Of a stretch of 64,000 bases of DNA, positions 36,180 to 50,483 are shown one piece after another. Origin of the DNA: Octopus sinensis. Its lineage: Eukaryota. Numbering within the stretch: position 1 is the stretch's first letter; each line of letters begins with the position of its first letter. The stretch covers positions 34,224,001 through 34,288,000 of the forward strand of contig NC_043012.1 in assembly GCF_006345805.1 (NCBI RefSeq), in the 5' to 3' direction. The translations under genes were made by a program, and so were the position numbers. The notes under the pieces were generated by a model. That model did not search any database, was not told the DNA's origin, and saw only the letters and a list, made by a program, of their open reading frames with translations.

Positions 36180-37661
36180 TTAAAGATCTGTGTCTCATCA
36201 TTCTGAGTTCAAATTGTAATGTCAGCCATTCAAAGTGAAAACTGAAGGCAACTCAGCCTCCCTCCGTAAAATGGTTTTCTGCCATCTTTTACTAATGATC
36301 AGAATGTAATCATTGATTTGGTTTCTGATAGTAAAAATTATGGTGGGATGTCTGAACAGAGTCAAAACTATTGAAAAGGTTGCAAGACGCAACAAAAATT
36401 TTAGGACAATAAAAATAAGAACGTGGAAATTTTACCAGTGAGTGTGTTACATAATAAGGCACAAAAAGAAAATGACTCTCCCCAGACACAACAGAATATG
36501 CTTCAACACACGAACTCATATAAAGAATCTTGCAAACCAAATCCAAAAACGAAATAATTATTAATTATATTTACCATATAATAGGGTAGCATATTTAATT
36601 ATCTTCGATTTGCTTTTAATTTATTTGACTATTCTGTAACAAACACATCATTTAAATAAAAACCTTAATTTCTTTAGCAGTTTTTAAGGCTAGTTACCAA
36701 CTATATAAGAGGGTGACCCTTTATTACTAGGTACAAGCTATAAAAGAAGGAAGTAATTTATTATTAGGTAGAGACTGTTAGAGAGGGAGCTATGGTAGCT
36801 CTGTATTTATGGCAAACCTTGAAAGAATGGAATCCACATGGAATATTTGCAATAGGGTTGTAAAAGCAAAAAGAGAATGGCATTTTTTTTTATCACAAAA
36901 CTGTGTCACCTGTCCTTTAATGAATACATTGGGTGAAATATAAATATTTTATTTATAAATGGGTTAATGAATGAATATTTGTGAACTATCTCTCTCTGCT
37001 GTTGTTATCTCAACAGCTGTTTGAGATTCAGAAATTTTGTTGTCGATAGAAGTCAGTCAATGTAGTTGATACAAATGTGGTGTATTTGAAGTTTGTTGAT
37101 ATGGAAATTATATTTAAATTGGAGTATTTTGGAAAAATTTGTTACCTTTACTAATTTTGCTAATCTCATTAGCAATTCTGGGTTCTTGGGGGAATTAGCA
37201 GGTAAATTCCTTTAAACATGGAATTCACCTGCAACCAGACTTCATTAATTAAGATATTGCCTGCATTAATTATCTTCTTTTAATTCATGCAACTAGAAAA
37301 TGGATTCGATAAATACCTGTGTTTTTGTTTTTGATTTACTAATAAAATACATTCATACATACATATATACATACATATGTACATAGTCTCAAATGTACAG
37401 AAAACAAAAGACAAGTACTGGTGAGGGAATGACAAGCAGGTATATATATATACACCTGCTTGATTCAATTTCAGAATGGCTGATAACTAGCATCATGCTT
37501 GAAACTCAAGGGTATGAACAAATTTGAATCACTGTTTTGGTCCATATGTATATGTACACTCACATGTATATGCAAATATATGTCCATAAAGGGTTCAACT
37601 TTATGGCTTATCTTCAGATCTGTTGGCTTATGACCTCTTAAAAAAGGGAGGGGAAAAGTCT

Positions 37662-38206
37662 GGATTGTCTCCCTCTCCCATTAGCCATCAACTTCTGGCA
37701 GTTCCCAAAAGGCCAGCAGAAATCCAAAATGCAGGCATGGCTCGAAAACCTCCGTTCTGGACTTACGTATAGCCCCTGGCTCGAGTGAATCCCTTCAGAT
37801 TCTCATGTGTTCAGCTATTCATAATTTGCAGTGTTTTGTCCTGTTAATGTAAGGGCCTGGGTTTTTGAGGATTTTCCATGAGATCGAGTGTGGAAGTCCG
37901 TCGTCTTTTAGTTGCCAAAAATAGCTGGCCAGTGATGTTACATATCTCCTTTCTGGGAGATGGAAGGGGATCAATGGTTGGAAAATTGTTTCTTGAATGA
38001 ATTTCCACTACAACCAAGGCCCTTGCATTAACGGGAAGAAATGCTGCAAGCTTTGCATGTCTGAACATACGAGAATCCTAAGGAACTCACTCAAGTTGTA
38101 CTTAACTCCAGAACGGAGATTTTGGGGCCATGTCTGCATTTGAGATTTCTGCTCGCATTTTGGGAACTGCTGGAAGTTGATGGCTAACGGGAGATGGAGA
38201 TAATCC
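37662..38206. mobile_element. Foldback/TIR element with ~110-bp inverted repeats
   Basis: GGATTGTCTCCCTCTCCCATTAGCCATCAACTTC... mirrored by ...GAAGTTGATGGCTAACGGGAGATGGAGATAATCC. Confidence 0.7.
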
Positions 38207-38252
38207 CCTATTGTTTACCCTTATGTATGTATATATATATATGTGTGTGTGT

Positions 38253-38553
38253 GGAGGCGCAATGGCCCAGTGGTTAGGGCAGCGGATTCGCAGTCATAGG
38301 ATCGCGGTTTTGATTCCCAGACCGGGCGTTGTGAGTGTTTATTGAGCGAAAACACCTAAAGCTCCATGAAGCTCCGGCAGGGGGTGGTGGCGATCCCTGC
38401 TGTACTCTTTCGCCACAACTTACTCTCACTCTTTCTTCTGTTGGCCTGCTCGCTTAGCCAGCGGGGTGGCGTCATTTGAAGGTTAAAACAATGCAAAGCG
38501 CATTGTGACCAGCGATGTGTAGCAACATCTGATTGCCTGGTCGGTCACAGTGA
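38253..38553 (+). mobile_element. tRNA-derived SINE, family D, between TA/TG microsatellites
   Basis: A box TGGCCCAGTGG, B box GGTTTTGATTCCC, GC-rich body. Confidence 0.78.
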
Positions 38554-39152
38554 TATATATATATATATACTTATATATATATACATACATACATTATATA
38601 TATGTGTGTATATGTAATATATTTTGGTCGAAGTAAGCAAATGTGTGTGAACAAGGAGAATTATAACCATTATTAATTATCGCTGAGGGAGTTATAAACA
38701 CCTCCATTGCTAGGAATTACACCTCTAATGCTTTGACTGCAGCATTGGAGCATGAAGCTCTTATTTCTAGTATTTTAAGTGTTTATAACACATGTACACA
38801 CATATGTATATGTATGTATATATGTACATACATACATATATTGAAGTATTAATTTGAAAGAGACAAGTTCCAAGGTCAGTAGTTCTAATGAAAGCTGACA
38901 CATAGCTAAACACAGAGGACATATGTAAGCCATTATAGGCATATAAACACATAACATACAAAAACATATATATATATACCCATATAATAGTGTAATTCCG
39001 TGTCCAAATCAAAGCTGGATAAGTGATTGCATAAATATATATACAGATAAATTAAGGGAGTGTAGTGGGTGCTTTTTACGTGCCACCGGCACAGGTGCCA
39101 CAAACATTAGCTGTAAATCAATCAATAACTTTGAGTATAAAATTTCCTTGTA

Positions 39153-39196
<44 letters not shown>

Positions 39197-40329
39197 TTCA
39201 TGTATAAAGGCATTGTGGGTTATAAATTTCCACCAAATCAATTGTTGCTTCACTGCATTTCTGATGACAAGGGAGTGTCAGAAAGTCAGTGCAGAGCATA
39301 TTATCATAAGATTTTGAATTGAAAGTACTGACTTTTTTTAGCTAATATTTACGTTGTTCAAATTAGCAGCATTTCATCTGTCTTTATGTTCTGAGTTCAA
39401 ATTCCGCTGAGGTCGACTTTGCCTTTCATTCTTTCGGGGTCAATAAATTAAGTACCAGTTGCGTACTGGGGTCGATCTAATCAACTGGGCCCCTCACCCC
39501 AAATTTTGGGCCTTGTGCTTGTTGTAGAAAAGAATACTTACATCCTTCACTGATGGAAATCTTTGAAGGATGCATATACACACGTACAATGGGTCTCTGC
39601 ACAATTTTCTCCCAATTGCATACCATTCACAAAGTATTGGTCAACCAGGGACTAGAAAGCACTAGCCACAACGGTGGGTATTGAACCTAGAACCATGTGC
39701 ATGTGAAGTGAATATCTTAACCACACATCCATGATTATATTTATCAATTGAAAGCTAATTTTTTTTTTTCCTTTGTCATTGTATTTTATATTGAAATCCT
39801 ACATTAAGGATTTTAATGTTCATCTTGATGTCAGTTGTAAGAAACCTTAAACACACACATCTATAACAAGCTATCTTTCCACACAGCCTCCTCACAACAC
39901 TGCATGGAGTTATTGCAGGATTATCTCCCCTCAAACAACAAAAACTCATCCAATTTTTCTTTTTGTATCATTTTTGTATTTCCATAAAATGCAATTCTTG
40001 AAATATTAATTTTCCTAGTTTCTTATTAAAAGTTTATAAAAATCAAAGTTATTTTTGTATAGTCATTTCATTTTGAATATTAACTGATTTGTTTACTTTT
40101 TCTTAATAATTAGAATTCAAAAAATTACCTTAAAAAGCCTTTTTAATAAAATTATTGTTTGAAAATGCATCATGGTATATTTTTTATTGTGATTGTAAGG
40201 GGAATGTGAAATTGCTTTGAATTGTTTGTTATTGTTGTTTATTTGTGTTTGTGAATGGCTGTTTATTGGGAAGTTGATTGAAACCAAGGCAACAACGCTT
40301 TAGAGATCTGAAGAGTCAACTGTTTAGGT

Positions 40330-40770
40330 CTCATCATCAGCATCATCATCATCATCATCAATATTTAATGTCTGTTTTCCATGCTGGCATGGGTTGGATG
40401 GCTTGACAGGAACTGGCAAGCCAAGGAGCCACACCAAGTTCCATAGTCTGTTTCGGCTTGGTTTCCATGGCTGCATGGCCCTTCCTAACAGCACCAACCA
40501 CTTTACACAGTGTGGACTGGGTGCTTTCAAGTGGCACCAACCCCACAGCTTTTTATGTGGTATCAGCACACATGCCAATGCTTTTTCCATGGTACCTTGG
40601 TTTTAGGATCTCCATTCTGTTGTGGTGGGCAGGTCTTCTTGAGTATAGTAATGCACCACATATCTCAGTCTTTTGTCCCCTCCTTGTAGGGCTCAGTATT
40701 TTGAGATTGACCGTCAGCACTTTGTCCTATGTCTCCCTGGGTCTCCCTCTTTCACAACTTCCCTCCACTA
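40330..40770 (-). mobile_element. RTE LINE 3' end with 3' UTR and (GAT)n tail
   Basis: Minus strand reads VEGSCERGRPR.T.D, then ...GTTAGGAAGGGC...CCAACCCATGCCAGCATGGAAA...(GAT)n. Confidence 0.7.
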
Positions 40771-41124
40771 TGGCCAAGATATATTGTCAATACATTGTTA
40801 GAGCATTACCTCAACGTTACTATAAATCAATTTCATGGGGAGGGCAGAGATCAGTGTTGTAAGCAGTTGGAGCACTATATAAATACTGGGTGTTTCATTT
40901 TTTTTTCTTGTGATGAGATTCTGTCCTTTCTTGAGTGTGGACATGATGACACTGAAGTGGTCAACCAGTATGTCAGGTTGACCAGATCTATTGACTACCA
41001 TAGAAATAGCAGTTAAATCATACTCTACCATCTTAGAAACACATATAATACATGCATACATACATATGTGCATATGCATGTGTGTATGAATGAATGTATG
41101 TTTGCTTGTATTTGTATGAGAGAA

Positions 41125-41657
41125 TCGTGATGTTGTAGGAGAGAAATGTGTCCGCATGGATGATGGTTCTCTTGCGCTAAATGAGGCTGCAAAGAGAGAG
41201 GTTTGGAGACACCACTATGAAAGGTTGCTGAACAAAGAAAATGAATGGGAGAAAGAGAGTCTGCCAAATGTTGACCCAACAGAGGGACCAACTATCCGAG
41301 TTGACAGTACCTTTGTAGATAAAGTAATTAAAAGTATGAAGACAGGGAAAGCCCCCAGGCCCATCAGGAATTACTGCAGAGATGCTCAAAATATCTGGCA
41401 CTGTCGGCTATAGCCTGGTCACCCGTATAGTTAACCAGGTGATACACGAAGGAGTCATACCCAATGACTGGTGTAGCAGCATAATAGTCAACTGCTACAA
41501 AGGTAAAGGTGACGCCCTAGATACAAATAATTACGGAGGTATCAAGCTGTTGGATCAGGTAATGAAGGTTACAGAGAGGGTCATAGCCCAACTAATTAGG
41601 GAGAGAGTCAGTTTAGATGAGATGCAGTTTGGGTTTGTGCCAAGGAAAAGCACCACA
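41125..41657 (+). mobile_element. Internal RTE LINE fragment (linker and RT N-terminus), one frameshift
   Basis: WRHHYERLLN..., MKTGKAP, IPNDWCSSIIVNCYKGKGDALD.NNY.GIKLL, MQFGFVPRKSTT. Confidence 0.9.
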
Positions 41658-41874
41658 CATATATATACATATATACACACACTCTCTCTCTCACACACAC
41701 TCGTGCACACACATACACGTGCGCGCGCACACACACACACACACACACACATGTATTCAAATGGTTATCATTATCAACTTCATTGAATATCTGTATTTCA
41801 TGCTGAAATGGGCAGGACAATTCAACAGGCTCCAATGGTCTAGGGAACTATTTAAATAAAAAAAGGTGTAAAGG

Positions 41875-42119
41875 TCACCTCCTCAAGTCATGCCAACTCA
41901 TAAGGGCCAGTTTCCCAGTTTCTATGCCATATAAATTCCCCACCTGGACTGGACGCCAGCCCATTGCAGGATTATTCATTTTTGCCAGCTGAGTGGACTG
42001 GAGCAAAGGAGAAATGAAGTGTTTTGCTCAAGAGCACAACACATCGCCTGGTCCAGGAATTGAAACCACAGTCTTATGGTGATGAGTCCAACATTCTAAC
42101 CACTAAACCACATGCCTCC
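41875..42119 (-). mobile_element. tRNA-derived SINE, family E
   Basis: Minus strand GGAGGCATGTGGTTTAGTGG...GGTTTCAATTCC...CTTGAGCAAAACACTT. Confidence 0.7.
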
Positions 42120-42707
42120 ACCAGGGGACTACATTGAGTTCTAATGTTTACTTTGGTATGGTTTCTACTGCTGTTTGCCTTCCTAATGTTAATCCCTTTA
42201 CAATGTGCTAATTGCTTTTTTAGTGGCACCAGCATCAGTGGGGTCACCAAGAAATTCTCACAATCACGAGCCCTTGACTGAGTGGGGGTGCAGTGTAGGG
42301 AGAGGTGGGTTTTTGTCAGGTATTGACAGAGGGATAGGAACAGGTGTTTTGCTGTAGTGGAGATACATGGCGAGGGCAGCTGGAAAGGGAGAAAATAAGG
42401 TACAGATGAGGGGTTGGTGGGGCGTACCTTCAAGGTAGAAGAAAGTAGATAGAATCAGAAGTGAGGATGGTTTGTGAGTGTGTGTGTGTACAGATATCGG
42501 TATATATGTGTGCATAACTGTGTGTGTATACACACACTTATACATAAGGAAATGCAAATAAAAACACATATCCGTATGTATATATATGAGTGTGTGTGTA
42601 TACTTTTCAATTATATGCTTCTTTTGCTTCCAAAATTTTTTTCAGTGAAGTATAATTGTAAATACCATCTGGTGAGAAAACCACAACAGCAAAGCTGGGT
42701 GTAATCA

Positions 42708-43685
<978 letters not shown>

Positions 43686-44051
43686 AAGAAAACCGACAGA
43701 CAGTTATTTTGAAGCTAGTTTAAGAACAACAGAACGTTTACTGACGATGATGATGATCATCATCATTTACGTCCGCTTTCCATACTAGCATGGGTTGGAC
43801 GGTTCGACCAGGGTCTGGGAAGCCAGAATGCTGCACCAGGCTCCAGTCTGATCTGGCAGAGTTTCTACAGCTGGATGCCCTTCCTAACGCCAACCACTCC
43901 GTGAGTGTAGTGGGTGGTTTTTATGTTGACTTTGCCTTCCATCCTTTCGGGGTCGATAAATTAAGTACCAGTTACGCACTGGGGTCGATATAATCGACTT
44001 AATCCATCTGTCTGTCCTTGTTTGTCCTCTCTGTGTTTAGCCCCTTGTGGG

Positions 44052-45604
44052 AAGAAGAGAAGCCACTGGAACTGGAACTGGAACCAGACATCCTGGAGGA
44101 TGAGGTGGTATGGGCAATAAAACAGCTGGCCAACCGAAATGCCCCAGGTACTGATGGTATTCCATTAGAATTACTCAAGCCAATACCAACAAAAACACTA
44201 AATCACTTTGCCAACGAATATGGAGAACCTGTAAGTGGCCAAGGGAATGGAAGAGGTCAGTTTTCATCCCAATACCAAAGAAAAGAGATATCAAGGACTG
44301 CACAAACTATCGTACCATCACCCTAATACCCCATGTAAGCAAAATTCTCCTTAAAATCATCCAGAAGTGCCTGAACACAACTTTTGAGAGAGAATTGCCA
44401 GAAGTGCAAGCTGGTTTCAGAAAGGGAAGAGGCACCCACGGTCACATCGCCAACCTACGGTGGATTATGGAAAAGGCAAGAGAATACCAAAAGAAGCTGT
44501 ACATGTGTTTCATCGATTACTCCAAAGCCTTTGACAGCATTGATCATGACAAGTTATGGAAATGTCTGGAGGAAATGGGAACACCTTTACACCTTGTCCA
44601 GCTTATTAGATCACTCTATCGAAAACAAGAGGCTACAGTACGGACACCATATGGCGACACTGATTGGTTTGAGATTGGAAAAGGCACTCGGCAAGGTTGC
44701 ATCCTGTCACCAGTAGCCTTCAACATGTACGCTGAAAAGGTCATGAGGAATGCAGGCCTGGAGGATAGCAGCATTGGAGTGAGGATTGGAGGAAGGAATA
44801 TTAATAACCTTCGCTATGCAGATGATACAACCCTGCTGGCGGAGAGTGGTAAGGATCTGGAGGATCTTGTCCTACTGGTCAAGACAGAGAGTGAGAGATT
44901 TGGGCTGTACCTCAATGTTAAGAAAACGAAGATCATGGCAACAGCAGCCTCAACAAACATCAGCATCAAGTTCGATAATGAAGAGATTGAAGTGGTTGAT
45001 GATTTCATCTTCCTTGGCTCCAAAATAAATCGAGATGGTGACTGCACTCCAGAAATAAGATGGCGGATAGTACTAGGCAGAGAGGCAATGGTCAGCATGA
45101 GCAGGGTCTGGAAGAGTAGAGACATCAGACACGCTACCAAATGCAGATTGGTGAATGCAATTGTCTTCCCAATAGCAACATATGGATGCAAGACCTGGAC
45201 ACTAAAGAAAGCTGACCAGAAGAGAATTAATGCATTCGAGCTTTGGTGTTGGAGAAGACTTTTGCGGATTCCATGGACAGCGAGGCTCACCAATGGAGAA
45301 GTTCTTAAGCAGATAAGGCCGAAAATGTCGCTAGAAGCTAGGATCACCAAGCATAGATTGGCATATTTTGGTTATATTATGCGGAGAAAATCCCTGGAGA
45401 AGGACATCATGCTCGGAATGGTCAGTGGCAAGAGAGGAAGAGGCCGACCAAGAACCCGCTGGCTTGACACCATCAAGAGTGATACTGGAATGGACATGGC
45501 CAATCTGAAAGAAGCAGCCCAAGATAGAACTGGCTGGAGGACACTGATCCAACGAGTGACCGAGATTCGACTTCAACAGAGCGGATAGAGAGAGAGAGAG
45601 AGAG
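44052..45604 (+). mobile_element. 5'-truncated RTE (BovB-like) LINE with reverse transcriptase domain and (GA)n tail
   Basis: ORF 44395-45588: QAGFRKGRG, FIDYSKAFD, GTRQGCILSP, LRYADD, AFELWCWRRLLRIPWTAR, RGRGRPRTRW. It extends upstream across one frameshift near 44200 (APGTDGIP). No endonuclease domain. Confidence 0.95.
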
Positions 45605-46080
45605 TAGTAAAGAAATAGGTGTCATTGTAGTCATTGGTAACAAGACTACCAAGGTACACAAATTCTTTTATGTTTTTGATATTTTCATTGTTCATTGTTA
45701 TACAATCTTGTTCACTGTTTCTTAGGCTTTTAGCTATTTTTGTTACTTTTGTTTCTGGGGAGTTTAGATGAAGCCCAGTTTCAGTACTTGCATCGTTTCC
45801 TCTGCATACTTCATATTTATGATAGAAAGAACTAATGAGCAGGTTCTTCCAGTGGTCATATACTTAGAAGACAAGACCTTGACAAGTCTCTATTAACAGA
45901 TGCAGCATATGGCAAAAGAACAAGAAGACCTGAAACCAGATTTAGTGATAATATCAAAGAAGCTAGTGGTGGAAGTTGTGCAGAACTGGCACAGAACAAA
46001 CATGAGTGGAAGGCTGTGGCAGCTCAATTATTTGAGCCAGCTGTCTAGAGAAATATATATATATACATACAGATATATAT

Positions 46081-46549
46081 ATTCTGAACACCTTACTTCC
46101 CTGTGCATGGATACATTGAAACTCCGATGTCTGGCAGCTGACTTGGCAGACACCCATAAAATTATCAACCATCTTACAAACAATAACTCTGAGCACCTTT
46201 TCAAGCTCCACCCGTCTAATACCCGTGGACATGTTTACAAAGTCAGAAAACAGCACAGCTCCCATGACTTTCGGAAACATTTTTTCACGCTAAGAGTTGC
46301 TGAAGCATGGAACAAACTGCCGGCATCAGTTGTTAGTTGTCGGAGCACTGCATCCTTCAAACCTTCCATGCTCCTGAGATTCGCCAACACTATACCTAAT
46401 TTTCTCCCCTCCATACACACGCAAGCATGTATCTGACTCATACACTGTTCGCTTTCCAGACATTTTTACATTACTGCATATGCTTTATATGCACTTTTTG
46501 ACAAGTTGTGGTGCACCTGAGCACTGTATACAATAATTCCATTATTATA
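46081..46549 (+). mobile_element. CR1-clade LINE 3' fragment
   Basis: TRGHVYKV...RKHFFTLRVAEAWNKLPASVV...SFK, then 3' UTR ending in (ATT)n. Confidence 0.88.
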
Positions 46550-47442
46550 TATATCTGTATGTATATCTATTTATACAGACAAGTTTGTAAAATTCATCCC
46601 TATTAGCATTTCAGAGAATTCATCAGTCAGTTAAAGTTACCAAGTATAGTTAACTCAACAAAAGTGACGTCCTATCGGATCCTTGCTATTTTATAAAAGA
46701 TTTAGTCTTGTTTTTCTTTTTAATCTTTATTTGTATTTTTTATTGGTTTCAGTCTACAGCCTTGCTTGTGGGTACCACTGTTTCATATTTCTGAAGATTT
46801 TTTAGCTGTTCCCTAGACTGTGTGGTGACATTTAGACCCCTACCAAGTAAATAAGGTTTAATTTTTGTATTGGGAGATTAAAATAAGCTTATATGGTTGT
46901 TACCATTTAACCTTTGGTTAGTTCCAATTCTACAGAATTATGGTTGAAGTTGTTCTAAACATGAGCAACACCTCTTTTGTTCAGGGGTATTGCACCTTTG
47001 AATACATTAGCTAATGTATCCTTGCAATTTTTAAAATGGTATGGTTTTGTTTCAGGGAAATTTGGCTATTCTTTTTAGCAGGTTGAATGACTACATCGTA
47101 TCTCCCTCATTGGCTGGTGGGATGACCAGAAGCCTGAACGTGCAGTACAACACAGTTACCTCCCTTCCACTTTGTTAAACGTGGGGTGAAACGGCTGTGA
47201 TCAGAATACATGAATTATATTTGATTTTAGACAACAAGAACAATAGGAACCGTAACAAACATTTCTTTATTTGCCATCAAAATGTTTTCTTTTAGTGTCA
47301 ACAGGGCAGCAGATGGGGGACTACAGAACAAGAGTCAACACAGAGAGAAATTCATGTGAAAGCCATTTATGGCTGACACACTGAACAAAAGACAGAAGTT
47401 CAAAATCGGATTTAAGTTGTGCAGAACTAATTCTAACCTTAA

Positions 47443-47663
47443 CCCTTTCGTTACTGTATTTCTGTTGAGATGCTCTGTGTTTCTTTCAATTACTTCAAAT
47501 ATAACCAAGAATTTAGTAAAACAACTAAGTTATCATTAAGCTGGTTTTAGGAACATAAATTGTGACTAAGGTTTGGTGGAAGATTTTCATTCAAAACTTA
47601 TGAAAACAAGACATTTGTATTACAGAGCCAGAGGTGGTTTCTGCTGGGTTGGTAACGAAAGGG
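47443..47663. mobile_element. piggyBac-like TTAA MITE
   Basis: TTAA|CCCTTTCGTTAC...GTAACGAAAGGG|TTAA. Confidence 0.85.
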
Positions 47664-47865
47664 TTAAAGTAATAAAACAAGAGGTTGGCATCAAGCAGGG
47701 ACTTTGGAATCAATGCAATGCAACATTTGACCTTAATTTCTGACAGTCCAGTTCTTGCAAAGCCAGAATAACTGTGGGGGAAGGGGAACAACAAGGAGTT
47801 TTTACTGCGTTTTTTGAGTTTGGGAAGAAAAACTTTATCAGCTAAGGAAATGACTTTCTCTCGTT

Positions 47866-48158
47866 TCATTGTTTAACGTCCGCTTTCCATGCTAGCATGG
47901 GTTGGACGGTTCAACCGGGGTCTGGGAAGCCAGGAGGCTGCACCAGGCTCCAATCTTGATCTGGCAGTGTTTCTACAGCTGGATGCCCTTCCTAACGCCA
48001 ACCACTCCATGAGTGTAGTGGGTGCTTTTTACGTGCCAGGGGAGGCTGGCAACGACCACGATCGGTTGGTGCTTTTTATGTGCCACCGGCACAGAAGCCA
48101 GTCAAGGCAGCGCTGGCATCAGCCACATTCGGATGGTGCTTTTTACGTGCCACCGGCA
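47866..48158 (-). mobile_element. Family B retroelement
   Basis: Same consensus with repeated GGTGCTTTTACGTGCCAC units. Confidence 0.8.
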
Positions 48159-49012
48159 AGTGCCTTAAAAAAACGTTCGAACATAATCTGAACACTATTT
48201 CAGAAAATAATCATCATTCTCTTTGAGCATATAAAAGGCAAATTTAGCTGGACCAAAATGAGTAAGTGAAGATAGGATAAATTTGCCTTGCCAGTTCTCC
48301 AGAACAGTGGCGGCTCGTAGATAAAATTAGTTGGGGTGCTGCTTCAGAAAAGTTGTGGCTATTGTTTTAATACTGTGTAAAAGAAAACAAACATATAAAA
48401 AGAATTTTTATGCATAAGCTTGATTGGTTTGTGTTTTAGCCACTGCTGGGAAGTGTATTTAATTTGTTCGCTGAACGCCACCACGAAATCACCCTTGTTT
48501 TTCAAAAATCCCCACTAAATCACTATTTTTCAAATCCTGGAAGCAACACTGAAGCCGGAAACAGGATAATAATCTAATTCTACACTTTATCACATTCAAG
48601 AATATAAACACGTTTTTAAGCACAATACATGCAGAGTCAAAAAGAAACACTACCTTTCACCTAGCACTGTCATTCACACAGTGTTCTCTCTTCCTAGTGT
48701 GAAGCTTCCTATCTTGAATATGTAAGCATGTGCACAACAGTCAAACACCGCATCGCTGGAACTGTGAAGTACACAGTTCCATACAAGGATTTTTGTATTT
48801 TTTTCATAAACTAGGGGATGGCTACTGACATTAAGCTTAAGAATTATATAACGTAAAAGTATAAAGAAAGAATTAAGGAAAAAAAGGACTCATTATATTG
48901 AATGGTATCGATAATATTGAGTGGAAATAGGGTGTGCTGCAGTTCCACAGTGCCTATACACGAGTTGCCACTGCTCCAGAATGACATTCAAAAACAGACT
49001 CATACACATCAC

Positions 49013-49064
<52 letters not shown>

Positions 49065-49300
49065 GTAATAATAATGAAATTATTGTATACAGTGCTCAGG
49101 TGCACCACAAATTGTCAAAAGTGCATATAAAGCATATGCAGTAATGTACAAATGTCTGGAAAGCGAACAGTGTATGAGTCAGATACATGCCTGCGTGTGT
49201 ATGGAGGGGAGAAAATCAGGTGTAGTGTTGGCGAATCTCAGGAAGCATGGAAGGTTTGAAGGATGCAGTGCTCCAACAACTAACAACTGATGCTGGCAGT
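49013..49300 (-). mobile_element. CR1 LINE 3' end with long (ATT)n tail
   Basis: Reverse complement of 46320-46549. Confidence 0.85.
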
Positions 49301-50305
49301 TAGAGATCAGAGATTGTAAATGCAGCAAAAATTTAAAATGAAATAGGTACATGGAAAAATGGCACATGATATGAGATTAATGAAACTTGATTGAAACAAA
49401 ATAGCTCAGCATAAAATATTCTCAATAGCTTCTTCACAATCTGCATTTAAAGAGGAAAAAATGATTGAAATTAGTCATTGCTCATTCTACCCTATTTTAG
49501 GCATCATTTTCTGTAACTTAAAAATTATCAAATTTGGCATTAGTGTGGGAAAAAACTGACTTGGAATCCAATGGAGAAAAGAATTTCGATTGTTAAACAC
49601 CAAAAATTATCCAAATATTTTATTAGCAACTTCAATTCGAACAAAGTTGGGGAAGAATTTCTTGAAAAAAGTATCTGTCACCTGACTCCATTCCAAACTC
49701 TCTTGACTTCAACAACAGCAATGATGCTGACCAATTTTTACTTGTAAAGATGATGCAACAGCACAAAATGATGATGCAGTCCTTGCAATATGATGGTTTC
49801 AAACAGGTAGGGAGAGAATAACGAGATATCAGAAATGACTAATTTTGCTACAGTTACTAATTTTGTGTCCCTACCCCCCACCCGCCATATAAACAGACAA
49901 GGATGCTGACTGGCACAAAGCTGTGAAAAGAGAAATAGTGGTGTAATGAATAAGAATTGATAATCTAAGTAGTCTACAGTGACTGCAGCTATGTTAGGAT
50001 TGCTGTTGAAAATGGGGAGGAGATCGAGGCAAATCATGCAGATAGAATTATTACAGACAAGAATGAGACCCCTCTGTACACTGGCAGATATCTCAGACCC
50101 TTCCTAAAGAAACAAGTGGGCTGTAGGATATGAAAATGAATAAAAACAACGCAAATGATAGGAAAATTGGTGTGATAAAGAACATAAACATCTCAAACAC
50201 TACATCAAGACCTTCGACTCTACTCACAATTGCAGCGTAGAAGGTGTTTATAAGACGTTTAAGAAACACACAAAAACTGTTAGATTCACTTCAACATTTA
50301 AGCTT

Positions 50306-50352
50306 TGTCAGTGAACAGGTGGCAGTCTCAAAGCGACGAAAATATTTTGACA
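50306..50352 (+). ncRNA. Minimal type-I hammerhead-ribozyme-like motif (G3-C8 variant) within an inverted-repeat element at 50226-50436
   Basis: tgtca-GTGAACA-g-gtggc...gcgac-GAAA-atat-TT-tgaca. Confidence 0.55.
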
Positions 50353-50483
50353 GATTAATTTTAAATGTTGAAGTGAATCTAATGGTTTTGTGTGTTTCTT
50401 AAATGGCTTTATAAATACATTCCACGCTGCAATTGTTTAACGATTAATTGTGGTTGAAAAATGCAGAGGAGACAAATCTGGAA

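Noticed and set aside
37016-37510. Possible exons of an intergenic transcript
   Set aside because: Splice-like signals are present but there is no coherent ORF or homology.
38253-38325. tRNA gene
   Set aside because: Only A/B boxes without a complete cloverleaf, and it continues into a SINE body.
44814-45350. 178-aa minus-strand ORF
   Set aside because: Antisense shadow of the RTE ORF.
46605-46635. CTGATGA...GAAA on the minus strand
   Set aside because: No convincing stems I-III; likely chance.
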